From the NCBI GenBank assembly GCA_000934665.2, contig KZ538042.1, positions 1-64,000 on the forward strand: a DNA stretch of 64,000 nucleotides. The letters are read 5' to 3'. This stretch comes from Catajapyx aquilonaris. Lineage: Eukaryota. Positions within the stretch are counted from its first letter, which is position 1; the number at the start of each line of letters is the position of its first letter. Below, one piece after another: positions 51,815-64,000 of this stretch. The position numbers were made by a program, and so were the translations under genes. The notes beneath the pieces are model-generated. The model was not told where the DNA came from. It did no database searches and saw only the letters and a program-made list of their open reading frames with translations.

Positions 51815-53399
51815 GGAACGTGTAATTTCAATGACACTGCGACAGCTGCAAATTGCGGTGTGTTTCTCATATGTGTGGGATTCGGCAATAGAAATGCAGT
51901 GCGACGACATGTGAAGCAGGTTAGATTAGAGCTGAGAGTGTGCTGGATAGCCAGGGGGGATCCAGGGCCCGAATCGATGCATCTGCATGCTGCTCTAGGA
52001 ATAAGGAAAGATATGTGTATGTTGCCTGGAAACTGCCAAGAAGAAGGGTTAGCACGAGTATATCCAACCGAGACAGGCAGACAGGGCTGGGTGGAGGGGA
52101 CGTCTAGTGACTTATCGATGTTTCCAGCGGTGGCTCACAATTATTGAGCCGAGTCCAGCACATCCAACGTGCCTTGGCAAAAGGGATGGGAATTCCTGCG
52201 GGAGATGAAAGGGGGAAAAGGGAAGGAAAAGAAGGAAGAAGAAGAAGAAGAAGAAGAGGCCCCGGGAACCTCAGACGTGGCCCCGATGACTCTCCAACTC
52301 CGATAACTAACTCCTTTTTTCCTCCTTCTCCTCCTGGAGCTCTGCTGCACCTACTACCGGATTTTCATTCTGTGCCCGGAGAAAACCCCTGCTCCGGATT
52401 CCCGGATACAAACGCCCATTTGCTGCAGCACACTCTCTGCCACGGAGCTGTCCACACTTCCTATACCTCTTCTTGGATGATACTTTTCTGCGACTTGGCC
52501 ATAACTATCACCTTGTATGTATTTGAATGCTTGTCTTGATTCTTCAGTTTGAGGCCAACAGTCTCCCGATTGCTTTAAAATAGACTAATCGCGAAGGCCG
52601 GTTGGAAAGAGGTATTCGCGTGAGCTGGAATAGTCAGCAGCTGTCAGTCTTATCAGCGCCAACTGCCCGTCCGTATTTTATCTGACATTGTTCGGCCCCC
52701 TCCTGAAGTGTCCATGTAACTACTCCGCTAACAAAAGTTGACCTGGGGAGGCATTTGCCAGTTTGAAAATACTTGAAAAGCGGTTTGTCTTATCAGCTGG
52801 CTGTAAGCAACCCCACAGTCCACGACATTCTGAATTACATGTAATTTGTCTTTTTGAAACTGAGGTCAAACTCGATTCAAGATTTTAAAGTCAGACAACA
52901 CCCGATCCCAGAGGACGTTTCTGACCTTCGAGGTTTCCACATCGGATAACGCCTGACTTTACACATGGACGAGGAGTTAACATCAATAATCTTCAAAGGC
53001 CGGGTGATTGAGCTTTGATAACTTTTTTTTTCTTTCAAAACTGTGTAAATCTCTCTGAAATAGTAACCTGGCCCTCTTTGAACGAGTCCCGAGCATGTTA
53101 ATTAACTAACTATGTAAACTGGCCAAAAGGGACTGAATTTATCGGCGGCATTGAGGCCTAGCTTTATTAACGGGGCGTTTTTTTCTGGTGGAAAATCCAG
53201 CGCTTAATATCCACTGTGAATCCTAATCAAAAAAGTCACGCTCTAATGCAACTTACAGAGAGGACCTTTCAATATCATCCGATAATATTAGTCATACAAT
53301 CATTATACCAGGAAACTTCAGTTAAATGTAGTGCTGATCTTTGACCCAAGTATTATTCCTAACTACAGCGATAATGAATTTCGAAACGAACCGACACTT

Positions 53400-53462
53400 C
53401 TGGTCTGGGAATCGAACTCTGAACCTCATAACTTGAGAGGTGAGTTGGCCTAAACCAGCAGT
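53400..53462 (-). mobile_element. Degenerate tRNA-derived SINE head
   Basis: Minus strand TGGTTTAGG (A-box-like) ... GTTCGATTCCC (B-box) at tRNA-like spacing; no intact cloverleaf. Confidence 0.35.
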
Positions 53463-54850
53463 TATGTGTAAAATATATGCTAAAATCTTTGCGAGGCTTC
53501 GAAATTTGCAATTCAATTATGTTCAATAAGTTGTTGGAGCTTAGGGCAGTTGTGCGGTCTATTCGCTGCTCGAACATTTCTCAATTCCTATATGCACGTC
53601 TATGCGAAAATGTTAATAATTTTATTCGCGATTTTTTAAAAAAAGTCGACTCGGATCAGCGGATGTGTATGTTTGCTTCTTGTTGTAAACCGGTGAAAGA
53701 ATAACACACTCGGCATTAATTTATTATCATAGGGTTACACACTAATGTTGCCTTAACATAATAATAATTTATACGTACTTGGAGGCAGCATTAATTTAAC
53801 CAAAAATTGCAAATTTGGAACCGCCTGTACTTTATGGGAATTATGTGGAGTAATATGCAAGAAATAATATCCGATTGGGAGTCGCCCAATTGACCGCTAG
53901 TTGACCGAATAATAAGGCCCGAGCGCCATAAATACGCTACGTTTTTCTACACAAATACCATTCACTGGCTTTGGTTCCCACAGTCGTATTTTCCAAACAT
54001 ATTGATGCAATATGAACGAATGAAATTCCTGTTGATGTATATAATATCTAGTGTTGGAAATCGGCGAGCACATTTGGGTGCAACGTGGGTATCGGTAATT
54101 GCACAAAGAACGGTTTTGTAATGTTTCCATGGCCTGCAGACGAGTGACACTCAACCCCTTTTTGAATTTGGGAGGCACTGTACACAGAGTGGGCCACCTT
54201 TGTGCTCGATTTGGACCATTGAAGCATCGCCGCTTTGACAAATATTTATATAAACGGGTTTGCCAAAAAAGAGATATATGCGATCCGATACATAAATGAT
54301 GAAGAGTGTAGCCAAGTGACGGTTTCGTCCCCCCTCCCCTAAAAAAAGGAAGTGTCGGAAATGGAACAAAATGCAGCAGCAGGCAGGATCGAAGAGAAAA
54401 TTTTCGCGAAGTTGTTTGTGCCTCTGGTGCCCCTAAAAAAAAGGTGTGCGGTTTTGGCAAAAGTGGGTCTGGCATTGGGTCCAAGGGAAAAAGGAGTGCG
54501 CAGGCCTTTTCCCAGCAGAGAAAGTCACACTGAATTAGAGTCGCAATTGATGACGTGAGCCGAGTTGCAGACGACCGAATAAAAGCCTGTGCTGCACCAC
54601 CACCACCACCAGGAGCAGCAGAGAGAGAGTTTTTGGAGGGAGGTGTGTGGGGCTCATCTTGGCTCAGTCCGAGGATTCATACCTGCGCGTGACTGTCCGT
54701 TTTATCTCCTGGACCAGATAAAACACGACTTTGCTTAATCTACTGCTCGGCTGCTGGAGGCCTTCTTGGACCACGCACCTTTCCTCACCACACTAGACAT
54801 ATTTGCGGGTATTTGTACTCATACACTTGTAAGCACATTCATTCTCTCTC

Positions 54851-54957
54851 GGGTTAGGATAGGTTAGGATAGGTTAGGATAGGTTAGAATAGGTTAGGAT
54901 AGGTTAGAATAGGTTAGAATAGGTTAGGATAGGTTAGGATAGGTTAGAATAGGTTAA
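54851..54957 (+). repeat. (GGTTAGGATA)n decamer array, about 10.5 copies
   Basis: Regular 10-bp period with GGAT/GAAT variants. Confidence 0.95.
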
Positions 54958-57049
54958 GGTTGCCTATGCGGAACCCAGCAATTCCGTCAATAACAGTAAC
55001 GGATATTTGGCTGATTGTGATGCGAAATTGTGCCACATTTCAGAGTTAGCGACATGTAAAGCGCAATCGCCGATTTTTTTGGTTCATTCCAGCGCCATCT
55101 CCATTGTAATGTACCAGGTGTTGGTTACCCATGTGGTTTTTTTGGAAGCCGGACACATAGGTCTGGAGCAAACATATTGATGGGAATTTTCACGGCTGCC
55201 AAGCATCTCCGCCGACCAATGGGCACCATCGACCCGGGTGCTGATATTCCATTGTGTTACTCTGATGGGGTTTGCTCCAGGGGCTGGGTCGGTTGAATGG
55301 AGAAAGAGAGTGAGAGAGAGCGCCACCTTCTCTCCTCCAAAATCTCTTTCCATTCTTAGGGGGGCCCTGCTCCCTGCTTGTTCTTTTCACTGGGCCTCCA
55401 GGCTTGTAATCCGCTGAGAAAATGTTGTCCTTGCATGTAAGACGGATCCGGATTTTCCAGTGGGGGGGCATGTCATTCTCACCATTTTGGGGAAGGGTGG
55501 CAGGCACTCACTTCCCTTTGTCTATCCAAAGATGGGCTGATCTTTCAACCTTTCTCCTTACACCTGCTGGCAGAGGGTCTGGGGCTGGGGAAACAATCAG
55601 TTTATGGCACCCATTCAAACTAAAGCGAGGCTCCGTTAATAACATTACTGTAGTGAGAAAGTTTGGGTCTACACGGTGGTCCAAGAGGCAAAATTATATC
55701 CACGACATATTGCGAGCTACTGTATCCTTACAGTTCGGATATCATTTTTTAAAACTCCAACCTGCAACCCAGGAGGATAGACCCGAGTATAATGGAATAT
55801 TACGTGGCAATTACAGCAGCACTTTGGCGTTGATGCGAACCATAGTTCCTCCATCTCAAAGGTCGTAGTTCCTTTTTCTTCCTTCCTTCCTTTTAGCCCA
55901 CCGCCACAATGTTTGCAATATTTCAAGGGAACAGGGGGGGCTGGTGCAGCGACAGCACTTCGCCAACTCTGGGAGGAATCGCTATAATTGAAGAGTTTCT
56001 CCGGAGGAAGGAAAAGGAAACGGGCTTGTGTTCCCCTCCCCACCTCCTCCTTTTCTCTCTTTTTTTTTGCAGAAATGCAATCAGACTGAATAACTTGGCT
56101 CAGAATTTGGGCCCTCCGGTTATTATGGGCGCCACGCTTTTGATTGACGTCCGACACTTCTTCTTGGCACATTTGCCCAAGTCTGTTCCTCTTCCGGGTT
56201 GACACACACTTTGCGAATATCCGTCCGTTGCAAACAGCTTCAAAATGTGTGGATATATGAAAGCGGTGTTGTGACGTCCAGTTATCGCAACGGTCAGTTA
56301 GTGTCCTGCCAGGTTTAGGCTCGAACTGAAAGGTGGTGTTGGTGCAATGAAGGTTAACAGCAACAAAACTCACCCTGGCAAAAATGGTGTGGGTCCCGAA
56401 ATGACAGGCCTGCACCTCCTGGGGGCGCCCCTGCAATTTTAATATCCGGGAGAGCAAATAGTCCTGATAGAGGCAATCAGTCTGGATTTTGGCAGCCTTT
56501 GGGGACCCCGAGCATTCGCAACGAGAGAGGAGGCACACACATCCGGACCCTGATTAATGATTGAAAAAAAAGTGCGTGTTGTTGCCTTCACCAAAACCAG
56601 CCAATCACACGCAAAAAAACACACACCCCTCCCCAGGCAAAAAGCGTCTCGATTTCCGGCAATCTCCGATGCACCCAGGGCCATTCCAGCCGGATTCCAT
56701 TCCCGTCAAAATCTATCCGGATATACCCTGCTGCATGCACCGACAGCCAATTAAAATCCCTTCCTGGGAAATTTAAGCAAATAATAATAAACGTGGAATT
56801 TAAAATTTCGTTGGCTTCATCAGTGCTTTCCACCTGTTGTTACGGGATCTGCGCACACCCAAGACACGAAGCGACGAAGTGGTATAATTCGGGGTGGAGG
56901 CTCGTCCGAATGCATGTGACGCCCCAGTGCATCTCGTCGTGGCAAAGCCACAATAATGTTCACAAAACGTACAGCAATTTTTTCTGTTACATAACCCATA
57001 ATAAGCGCGCAGCCCATTAGGTTACCTACGAAGTGCTCCTAAAAATTAC

Positions 57050-57729
57050 AAACAAGATTCGAGCAGGGAGCATATACTACATAAAAGGCGCAAACATTCG
57101 GTTTTTGCGTCTCTCTGTTTGGGGCGTTGCCAAGGCTGGCGGCCATTTTGAAGTGTGTGGAACGCCAACGAGGTATAAATAGGGTATACAGGCAAAAATA
57201 GGGTCAGCCGTCTTTGATTCGCGCGTGTTCTTGCCTTTCTTGCCATGTATAGTTGCCATGGCCGCCACAATCATCAAAGATGGCGGACCCTATTTTTGCC
57301 TGTACCCTATTTATACCTCGTTGGCGTTCCACACACTTCAAAATGGCCGCCAGCCTTGGCAACGCCCCAAACAGAGACACGCGAACATCAAAGGCGCAGA
57401 CAGAAGTTTGCGCCTCTTATGCAGTATATGCTACCTTACTCGAGATTGATTCGAGTAGACGTTTTCTCAGCAACGACATAGATTGTTGTCAGTCATTTGC
57501 AGTTTCCAAGGAACCCAAGGTCGCCCGTCTGTTGATTCGACCTTGGCTGATATAGTGTACTCGGAAAACCGGTAGTGGTCGGTCACTGGAACCTATTTTG
57601 GCCACAATGAATCCGAATCCGAAAACCGTTTGTCGATATCACCTTCGGTTTAGGACCTGATGCATGTACACGGACAGGCGGACAGAGCCGTTATATTGTC
57701 ACTTTTAATCGGTGAGGAAAAAGTCTAAC
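57050..57729 (-). mobile_element. DINE-1/HINE-like family D, copy 5, with MITE A inserted near its 3' end
   Basis: AACAAGATT..[MITE A]..GATTCGAGTAGAC..GAATCCGAAAACCGTTTGTCG..GGACAGGCGGACAG..AAAAAGTCTAA. Confidence 0.7.
57064..57437. mobile_element. Foldback MITE, family A, copy 4
   Basis: CAGGGAGCATAT...ATATGCTACCTT (decayed right end); flanks ATTCGAG / ACTCGAG. Confidence 0.85.
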
Positions 57730-59897
57730 CGAGTTGGTCTGGAAATGGGCTGCTTCTAAATGAATTGTAACCTTTGTTGCTCGACTTTTTCTGCAGTTTT
57801 TTTTCCTTCCAACCTGCCCGTGTCACTTGGACCCCGCATTGTAACAAAATGGTTACGGAAAATGGCTTTAAAAAATATTTATGCGAAGAAATGAAGTGTC
57901 GCTCCCCCCATGCTGGCCTGTGAAGTAAATCTGCATCAAGGTGGGACAGTTTTTGGGCATAACGCGGCCACAAAAGGTCGGATTTTACAAAGTAGAAAAG
58001 GGGGGAAAAGGGGGGAGGGTATGGTGGGGGTGGGGTGGCTAAAAAAAAGAGAGGAAGGACTATAATGTTTGGAGTGGTTTATAGTAGTCCGTCCGGGGCT
58101 GGTCGGGATCCCAGGGGGTGATGGAATTCCAAATGGTCCTACTCGTCATAATCCACTGGATCATTTATGTCAGTCCGGCGGGTTGGTTCCGGACGATACA
58201 ATTTAAATGTCACCCCCTCGGCTTTTACGGCCCACTCTTGGGAGGGGAAGGGGGGGGGGGACAAAAAGTACACTCCTCGACAAAAAAGCAAGGGCACTGA
58301 AGCCATACCTGGATTCGTATATCGGAACTATCGAGCCTTAAATAAATATTGAAAAGCTATTCAAATTGCAATCAAAAATTGGAAGTGTCAGCTGTTGGGT
58401 GCCGATGTCAAAATGTCAGCGAACGACCCCGGCGAACAATATTTAAAATTGACAATTAACGTCTGTTGAAGCGTCAATGTTCAGGTTTACATTATTATCG
58501 GTCCTGCTGCTGTAATGGCCACCTGTAAAGCTTCAATGTGGATTGAATCACGCCAACAGCTTATCTGACCCCCAATGTCCGCAGGATTTACATCCCCCTC
58601 TTATTAACCCCCATTCATTATATCAAATCCTCGTTAATGATTAATTAATAATTTTAGAACCGCTCTAATTTTATAACGGACTGTTCGACAAGAGTAGCAG
58701 CTACTCTCGTTTCTGCAGTCCAACAGTCAGTTATTGTGACTATGGCAAATATTGTGACAGCTATAACATCTGAAACTGATATAGCTGCTGTAGGAGGAGC
58801 CTGGGACTATCCCTCAGGAGTAAATGACCCCTACTGGCGTGCGGGAGGCGGCAGGGTGAGTGGTGGCTGGGGGCATCTTGGCTGTGTCGCAAAGGCAAAG
58901 ATGCAAAGATAGATTTTTTTTGGATTTTGGAAGGGGTATGCCGTACCAACCCAACCTAACGAAGCCTAACCTTCCTTCCTTGCGGATACAGACCTGTCTT
59001 CAGCGGATACACGCCTATCCTTTATCCTTGCCTTTGCGACACAACCCGCTGCCCCCACCGACTACAACTACCCTCCCGCCTCCCGCACGCCAGTAAGGTC
59101 AACTATATCCATTCGGGGTCCACCAAACAGTTGAAGGTACTTGAAATGTTACATTAGGACCCCCATTGTTGGTCAGGTGCTATCAATCATCGTGATTTTA
59201 CTCATTATGATCATATGCAATAGATAAATATTTTGGCGATATTGGGGGCTTAAATCATCGTGAATCCACATCGAATCCTCTAAATAAATTTTTAAGGATG
59301 CAATTAGAAGATTAGAGATGGACAATCCTGATGCCCCCGCATCACGAAGGAGGAGGAGACAGAGACAACTGGAAGGAAAGTGGACACGAAAAGTGTGTCC
59401 CATTTACGTTGCGGATAAAAAAATATATTATACTGTGTCTCTCCCCCCCTGGACAACGTTTGGAATTGTAGTCATTAACCATGGTGAAATGACGTCATTA
59501 TTGAAAAAATAACCCCCCTGGACCGCTGTCGTTATTTTTCACGTTATGATCTATAAAATGCGGTGGATGGCAGGGGGAGGGGTGTTGTCACATGAGGACC
59601 ACGGTACACGGTTTGATGACGGGGCATTAAGTTTTTTGGCTGTTTTTTTTTTTAATCCGGAGAATTTAACGGCAGTTGAAATCAATGCGGAAAATAAAAC
59701 AGGTTGGGGAGGGGGCTCCGTAAAATAGGTTTTTGGGGGGTCCCAACAATCGGGTTTTACGAGTCGATTCTTCCAGCCAACGAGGCCTGTGGGGAGACTG
59801 TGTGTCTATAGAGGCAGATAGACATCGTGAAGGTGTTGCTTTAGCTCGAATACCATTGGCACCTGTGGCCATACGACAAAAATCGTGTCCTCTAATT

Positions 59898-60112
59898 GGA
59901 CGGTGTCATGCAATAATGAGTCAACCCACAAAAAATGTCCAAAGATATGCCCACTACTTCATTAAGATAAAATCACGTTGGTGAAATCTGCATAACTCTG
60001 CCATAAATGACCGAAAAGAATACCGAATTAATTTCACACGTATGACCTTCAAAACCCCCTTTTCTCAAAACTGTTCTCATGTGGGTTGACGCATTATTGC
60101 ATAACACCGTCT
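59898..60112. mobile_element. MITE family H, copy 2
   Basis: GACGGTGTCATGCAATAATGAGTCAACCC ... GGGTTGACGCATTATTGCATAACACCGTC|TA. Confidence 0.85.
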
Positions 60113-60179
60113 AATTCATTTACAGTATAAAATAATCACCACGATTTACGTTTAACTTCCCACAGCGCTTATGCGCCCA

Positions 60180-60370
60180 TCTTACATCTTACATAATAAA
60201 GCAGAAAGTTTCTCCGTATGGCCGGGCTACCAAACTCACTTTCGTACTACTGAGAGTGCTGAAACTTGGCACACCGAGGACGAATGTGCCAATGATTGAG
60301 AGAAATGTCCGAAAATCGCACTTTTTTGAGTCTAAATGCCCAAAATTTAGGCCTTTTCCTTCTCAGAACA
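60180..60370 (+). mobile_element. Helitron family F, 5' portion
   Basis: A|TCTTACA..ATAAAGCAGAA...CCGGGCTACC...TACTGAGAG.GCTGAAACTTGGCACAC; no 3' CTAG end seen. Confidence 0.7.
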
Positions 60371-61083
60371 GCAACGCCATCTGGCTCGGCCCAGGCGCAT
60401 GCGCAAAAACGCTGCAGTGTTGCCAGGTTGTTCAATTCTCCGACGTGACGAGCGTCTCTTACACAGATCTCTGCATCCCTCTCTCTCAGAATGGCATATC
60501 CGGAGATGAGCGATCCAATCTGCCGCACCCTGCTCCCAAAACGCATTAATAAGGAATGAGAGGCCACCCGGATCCATTTCCCGGGAAAACGTGCGCGCGC
60601 ATTCATCCAAAAACCTCGATATCCCAAAACCCCAGTATACACACACGCAAACTGCGACAACCGACCCCGCAAATAATAATCACTGCCAGTTAAGTCGGTC
60701 GCACCCACTCCCCAAATTAGGGGAATTACTTGCTCCGGGTTTATTAAATAGAATGGGGGGGGGGGGGGGATGGAAGGGTGGGTGGGTGGGATGGGGTCAT
60801 ATTGACCTGGCATCGACCCCCGGCAGCAGCTGCCATTACCCTGTACAAACCCATTTACAGCTAAGCTGAACTGATGAGCACTTTGCGGGGGTGGTTATAC
60901 AGGGTGTTCCAGCTCCAAATGCCCCCCCCCCCAGTTGCCACTAAGCTGCTTCTCATTAAGCAGTTATTTTCTCGGGTCACTTCTGCCCGATAATGACCAG
61001 CAGGGTTGAATGAAGCACGAATAGCAGCCAGGAATTCTCGCCAAAAATTTATTCGTCACGCACTGGACATTAATGGTGTCGTA

Positions 61084-61321
61084 CAGTGTTGGACACTAAT
61101 CGCAACTGCGGCAGAAGTGCAAATATGAGCCGTGCGAGTAAGAAGAAGTAGGCCTCGAGTGACGTCACTTGGCTGGGGGCAATGGAGAAAAGGCTTGTCC
61201 CCAGCCAGTGACGTCACCCAAGGGCTACCATTTCTTACTCGCAGGGCTCGTGACTTCGATTTACACGTCTGCCGCATCGGAAAATGTCGCTAGCAGTATG
61301 ACGGAATAAATGTCCGTACTG
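61084..61321. mobile_element. Family I-related MITE with a different internal hairpin
   Basis: TA|CAGTGTTGGACA left end and CGGAAAATGTCGCTAGCAGTATG right arm; internal palindrome with two TGACGTCA. Confidence 0.6.
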
Positions 61322-61898
61322 GTGGATTCATCACTTCAATTCGCTCTTTTCCCACCATGGGCTCGTGGAGCCACCAGTAAGACACCATTAAAGTCCAGCA
61401 CTGTACAAGATTACATAGGGATTGACAATGGGGTGTATAAGAGATGTGCAGTGTTGGGGAAGCTTTACAACCCTTGAACCCCCTCCCGGATGGAAGGAGG
61501 CCGTGTCTGGTTTCGGTTTGTGTTGCGTGCTTTGAATATGGTTCCGGTAACCAAGGACTGGAGCTCTAACCAACCAACCGTCCGGTTAATCCCCGGAGTC
61601 ACACAGCAGCCCCGGAGACTCCGGTTGCGGCACAGGAGACCTTGCCCACACACAAAAGCTCGCTAATGAAGGAAGAGTGCTGCCTGCCTGCCTCTGCCAC
61701 TGGAGATGTGCTAGCAGGGGCAGCCTATAGGATATACCAGCTAGGGGAGGATGGAAAAGGAAAAGGGGAGAAAACGATCCCCTATTAACCCTCGGCTATC
61801 GCCTGCATGATGCTAATGAGGAAGGCGATTGCGACTGGAATTAGAGGAATCTGCATTTCCTTTCTGACTTTACGCTTTTCTTGCTAATGGAAAAGCTC

Positions 61899-61922
61899 NN
61901 NNNNNNNNNNNNNNNNNNNNNN
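61899..61922. other. Assembly gap (N run) next to a poly-C tract
   Basis: Run of n followed by about 17 C. Confidence 1.
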
Positions 61923-62297
61923 CCCCCCCCCCCCCCCCCAATTGTGTGTGCTCATGCGCGTGATTAGGTTCGAAGCACACTTTGCCCTCTATAAGTAACC
62001 TTAGATAAAGAAGTCGGAGGGCAATGGAAGGAAAAGAAAAGAAAGGTTATCTCTTTTCCAAACACAGGCAAATATTTGGTCACAGTAACCGGGATCTGTT
62101 TGAATTTCGCTCCAAGGGCGCCAAGTTAAGTCGACCTTTGCCCAAAAATCTGGGGGTAATCTCCTTTGAGGGAATCAACTCGCTAATTATTATTTCCAAC
62201 CCTTCAATTTCAGACTTTATTTTTTTACGATTATGAAAAATCAGTCGCACGAATACCAAAGGATCGTAATATCAAATGGAAGGACCAAACTTGGTGT

Positions 62298-62860
62298 TCT
62301 TAGCAGTCGTTACTAACTTAGTAACGGCTACTAACTGAAGAGATCTTAGTAACAGCAACTAAGTGAAATGAGATTCTTAGTAACAGCTACTAAATGAAAA
62401 GAGATCTTAGTAACAGCTCCTAAATGAAAAGAGATCTTAGTAACAGCTACTAAGTGAAATGAGACAGTTACAGCTCCTAAATGAAAAGAGATCTTAGTAA
62501 CAGCTACTAAGTGAGATGAGATTCTTAGTAACAGCTACTAACTGAAAGGATTATATTCTTAGCAACAGCTACTAAGTGAAATGAGACATTCTTAGTAACA
62601 GATCCTAACTGAAAAGAGAGCTTAGTAACAGCTAACTGAAATGAGATTCTTAGTAACAGCTACTAACTGAAAGGATTATATTCTTAGCAACAGCTACTAA
62701 CTGAAGAACTTGACAGCAGCTACTAACAGAAAAGAGATCTTAGTAACAGCCACGAGTAAGTGAAAGGAGATATTCTTAGCAACACTAACTAACTGAAAAG
62801 AGATATCTTAGTAGCCGCTAATAACTGAGAGGAGAGCTTCTTAGCATTATATACTAACAG
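62298..62860. repeat. ~30-bp minisatellite (GAGATCTTAGTAACAGCTACTAAGTGAAAT-like)
   Basis: About 18 degenerate tandem units. Confidence 0.9.
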
Positions 62861-63703
62861 GAGCAAAGCCAAGCCTGCGTTTAGTTACTGCACTACTAAC
62901 TGATGAGTATAAATCAGAAAAGATACGCCCACTTTATAAAACTGCTATGCAAAATCCTTTCGAGTTTCAGAAGTGATTATTATTTCGCGACGTCTCGCGT
63001 TTTTAAAAATTGTTTTGGGCTGAAGGCTCAAGTAGGAAAAATGGCGGCAGTTTCTTTCTGAAGAGCTGATTCGATTTAAAGTTTTTGGCAAAAACCGGAG
63101 GGGGCTTGAGAGAAGAAGAAAGAATCGGTTTAATTTTGAGAAGGTGCGTATAATAGTGGGGGTTTGATGGTGGAAAATCTGCAAAAGGCAAAATTCGTCA
63201 TTGGCCGGGAAAGTTAACGGGCCGTTTTATGATTAGTCTCGAGGGAATGATACTTTTCGGGGCAGGGGAACATTAATGATCATTCGCGTAAATTTTGCGC
63301 CTGGTTTTCGCCCGGTTCTCTGGCTCGGAAAAGTGAGAGGAGGAGTGTGGGTACTCTCACTGGAGAGGCAGAGAGAGGGGGGGGGGAGGGGGGCGTAAAA
63401 TGAAATAGTCAAATAGGCCCACCTGCAATTTGGGGATATATGGACTCCTTCCTGCCTGATAACCATTCTGGGCTTCCTATTGCCGCACATTATGTACTCC
63501 ACGGCCTGCCTCTATTCGCAGCGATAAAACCCAGTAATGTCGGATTTTACATGTTTTCCGGTGAGTCACCCCCCGCAATGTAAAGCGAGCATAAAGCACG
63601 GGGCTGCCAATGACACGAAATAAGTGGAAGTGGTCCGCCAGTACGGTGAAGTAGCAGTTAGTTTATGAGAGGACTAGCAGAGGAGCCCGTTCTTCACACT
63701 GTT

Positions 63704-63803
63704 CTGCCGTCCCACGGAAAAAAGCCGTATCTGAAAAACCGTTAGAGTTCGACTCTAACGGTTTTTAGGTAAGACTTACGGCTTTTTTTCCGTGGGACGG
63801 TAG
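63704..63803. mobile_element. 100-bp hairpin MITE, family B-related, beside a Helitron F 3' end
   Basis: TGTT|CTGCCGTCCCACGGAAAAAAGCCG...CGGCTTTTTTTCCGTGGGACGGTAG|TGTT; adjacent 63673-63699 matches the family F 3' terminus on the minus strand. Confidence 0.85.
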
Positions 63804-64000
63804 TGTTGCCATGGTGAACTTATAGGACAAACCAACCAATAGACTTTGTCTTTTATGTATATATGTAGATAGATGCAATGCGGGTGGCCGTGTGCGTCTA
63901 AGGGGCAACAGAAGGTTCATTATCGTATACGTGGTTAACAATAGGATTTCAGACATTTCTCACCACTACATTTTTGGCTTGTATTAAGCCACGGCATGCC

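Noticed and set aside
53400..53462. Possible functional tRNA gene
   Set aside because: Only box-like motifs are present; the acceptor and anticodon stems do not pair properly. Kept as a low-confidence SINE remnant.
55717..56538. Longest ORF in the window (273 aa, minus strand)
   Set aside because: No recognisable domain, runs through purine and homopolymer tracts, and overlaps equally uninformative ORFs on the other strand.
62298..62860. ~30-bp repeats superficially like a CRISPR array
   Set aside because: Units are contiguous with no unique spacers, there are no cas genes, and the context is eukaryotic.

Overview
This looks like non-coding DNA from an animal genome, probably a protostome or arthropod (inferred from DINE-1-like and Helitron-like elements, TTAGG-based repeats and GA microsatellites). 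I found no credible protein-coding gene: the ORF track holds only short, low-complexity or repeat-derived frames. Much of the window is short non-autonomous transposons: several foldback MITE families with readable target-site duplications, two non-autonomous Helitron families and a DINE-1/HINE-like family, often nested. There are also mini/microsatellites, a 141-bp satellite and one assembly gap. The most notable non-repeat signal is a pair of + strand recursive-splicing-like sites (branch point, pyrimidine tract, CAG|GTRAGT) at 22562/22563 and 51773/51774. Each has a second GTG|GTGAGT donor 39 or 35 nt downstream. This suggests the window lies inside one very long + strand intron removed stepwise. 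All alignments and coordinates were read by eye; repeat boundaries are approximate unless a TSD is quoted.
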